Source of the DNA: Marsupella aquatica | Taxonomy: Eukaryota > Plantae > Marchantiophyta | Assembly (NCBI GenBank): GCA_973895155.1 | Contig: OZ316895.1 | Span: forward strand, 1,238,435 to 1,302,434 | Reading direction: 5' to 3' | Length of the DNA: 64,000 nt | Shown: positions 62,241 through 64,000 of the stretch, piece after piece | Numbering within the stretch: the stretch's first letter is position 1 | How the letters are laid out: every line of letters begins with the position of its first letter | Notes under the pieces: generated by a model | The model's database searches: none | What the model saw: the letters and a program-made list of their open reading frames with translations, nothing else | Told to the model about the DNA's origin: nothing | Program-made: the position numbers and the translations under genes

Positions 62241-63792
62241 ATGGTGAAGGCAGTGAGAGTACATTCTTTGTCAGCTACATACACGGTTCAATATGAAGAC
62301 ATTCGAGTTCCTCTGCCGCCGGAATCCCACGTGGAAATTCGCCACACCGCAATTGTGGCCAGCAGCTGTGATCAGCTCGCCAAGGAAGGCAATTTGCGGG
62401 GTTACTCCCTGGCGGGTCCATCTCTCAAATATCCTTTCACTCTCGGCCTATGCGGAGTCGGGGTAATCACTGAAGTCGGGTCCGGGTTGTTGGATTACCA
62501 AATTGGGCAGCGCGTCTTCTACGTGAGTGCAGACGAGCCAGGGAGTTTCTCGGAGCAGAGAGTCATTTGTGCGAAGCATCTCGTTCCTGTGCCCGACTTT
62601 CTCACCGATGAGCAGACTGCGAGCATTATCTTTGAGGTATGTAAACAGTCAAATGCCTTATTACCTTGCCTAATGTTTCGACTCCTCGTTCTGAAGAGGA
62701 GTCTGGAGGCTTTCAATTTCAATAATCAATCATTTTTGTCTGACTGTCAAAGAATAGGTGGACTCTGCACCTGTTGCATCGACCGAAGCCAGCGGTCTTG
62801 CATGGAGTCCATTTAAATAAGGCCTGATTAATGTGGTGTTGAACTTCTTGGATCTTCCCATTATATCAAGATACCCCTGCTTTCAATGCATTCCTCTTAT
62901 CTGAAGCCAGTTTACAGAACATGGTAGCAGTGGAGCTAAAAAACTATTGATTACTGGGGCTTGTAGCGTTACCGTTTTGAAAAGGATTCTGGTGGGACCA
63001 GTAGATTCAGTTAGCTGCTTTCTGTGTGACACCTTGTTACGCAATAATGTAGTAGGGTTTTCAATTTCGCAAAGCTGAGAGTTTTTCATTTAAGCGATTG
63101 GAGATGGCTCTGCGTCGCAACTTTGCTCCTTTTCAGGAATACTGTCTTCCGTTTTTGGGATCCGTGACCGCAAAGTTGCGATACAGAAGTCTAGAAATTC
63201 TTGGCTCTGAACATGGTATTTCTTGCCTAGGAAAGTCTCTGAAGTTGAATGGCAGTTCAATTACAGTAACCTGAAGATGTTGGCTGAATTAACCTGAAGT
63301 TGATGTTGGTCGAATCTGTAAAGACGAATTTGAGTTGTGTCAGGTACATAGTTGTTCTTCCACTAAGGGCACAGCTCAGGCAAGTTGTATCGTACTCTAC
63401 TGCTTTGCTACGTAAAGTTAAGGTTGCTGCCCCAGCTGTAGGGTCTTTCATTTTGTCCTATCTCGTTCTGACACGAGGTGGCTGGGTGCTAGCATGAACG
63501 AAGGGACTGGAGGCCTGGATGCTGTTGAGAAGAGTGTTTCCTGTGAGGAAGGGAGACAGAGTATTGATTCACGAGATTACAAGTGGACTTGGATCTCTGT
63601 TGGGCCAATGGGCAAAATTCTTGGGAGCTACAGTGATCGGGACAGTGTCGTCAGAGGATGAAATCACCAAAGGAAAGGAGACTGGTGTCGACCATGTCTT
63701 TCTGTACACCAATTTCCAGGAGAATGTTCTGAAAATTACCGATGGCGCAGGAGTAGCTGCAGTGTATTCGATTGGCGGATACCCGATCGCAG
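62241..63792 (+). CDS. Zeta-crystallin/quinone oxidoreductase-like MDR protein, divergent. Exons 62241-62636 and ~63504-63792. Continues past the window end.
   Basis: MVKAVRVH, PFTLG..GVGVITEVGSG, GQRV, GSFSEQRVI..LVPVPD, then V.KGDRVLIH...GLGSLLGQWAKFLGATVIGTVSS, KITDGAGV. Phase-0 junction GAG|GTATGT...AAG|GGA. Confidence 0.8.
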
Positions 63793-64000
63793 GTTATTCT
63801 CTCCCGCACATTGGAGTGGAGTGTAGAATTTTCCGTCTCTTATTGTCAGCTATCGTTATGCTCTTCAGTAAATGATTCATACTCCTTTTCCTCAACTCTT
63901 GAGAAACGAACAGGAATTCTGGAAATTTTAATATTGATAGTATTAAATTTTCTACAGCCTACTGCCACAATGCACATGCGTAGAGTGATTGATACGCCTG

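Noticed and set aside
8646-63792. A functional detoxification gene cluster (PDR, GLXI, QOR)
   Set aside because: The genes are interspersed with unrelated housekeeping genes. Nothing in the sequence shows co-regulation or a shared pathway.
1-64000. tRNA, rRNA or snRNA genes
   Set aside because: None recognised by eye. tRNAscan-SE or Infernal would be needed to exclude them.

Overview
Eukaryotic nuclear DNA from a land plant. GT-AG introns, plant-type gene families and the transposon remnants suggest a bryophyte such as a liverwort, but that is an inference. Eight protein-coding genes can be supported: a ~20-exon PDR/ABCG full-size transporter (+), a two-domain glyoxalase I (-), a 2H cyclic phosphodiesterase (+), PRMT7 (-), a 14-exon ABC1/ADCK2-type kinase with a long unexplained N-terminus (+), CCT3/TCP-1 gamma (+), a KirBac-like channel gene (-) and the start of a divergent zeta-crystallin-type quinone oxidoreductase (+). 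The most unusual feature is the channel gene. Two separately listed ORFs join through a phase-0 GT-AG intron into one ~1032-aa protein with a transit-peptide-like N-terminus, a long acidic disordered region, 40-aa amphipathic repeats and a prokaryote-like inward-rectifier (KirBac) module. That module lacks the TVGYG filter and is followed by a decayed tandem copy. The four housekeeping genes GLXI, CPDase, PRMT7 and CCT3 all have intron-free CDSs. Intergenic DNA holds a MULE-like foldback element with a 10-bp TSD, four Copia-like solo LTRs with 5-bp TSDs, Harbinger and LINE remnants, and several 105-166 bp tandem repeats near promoters.
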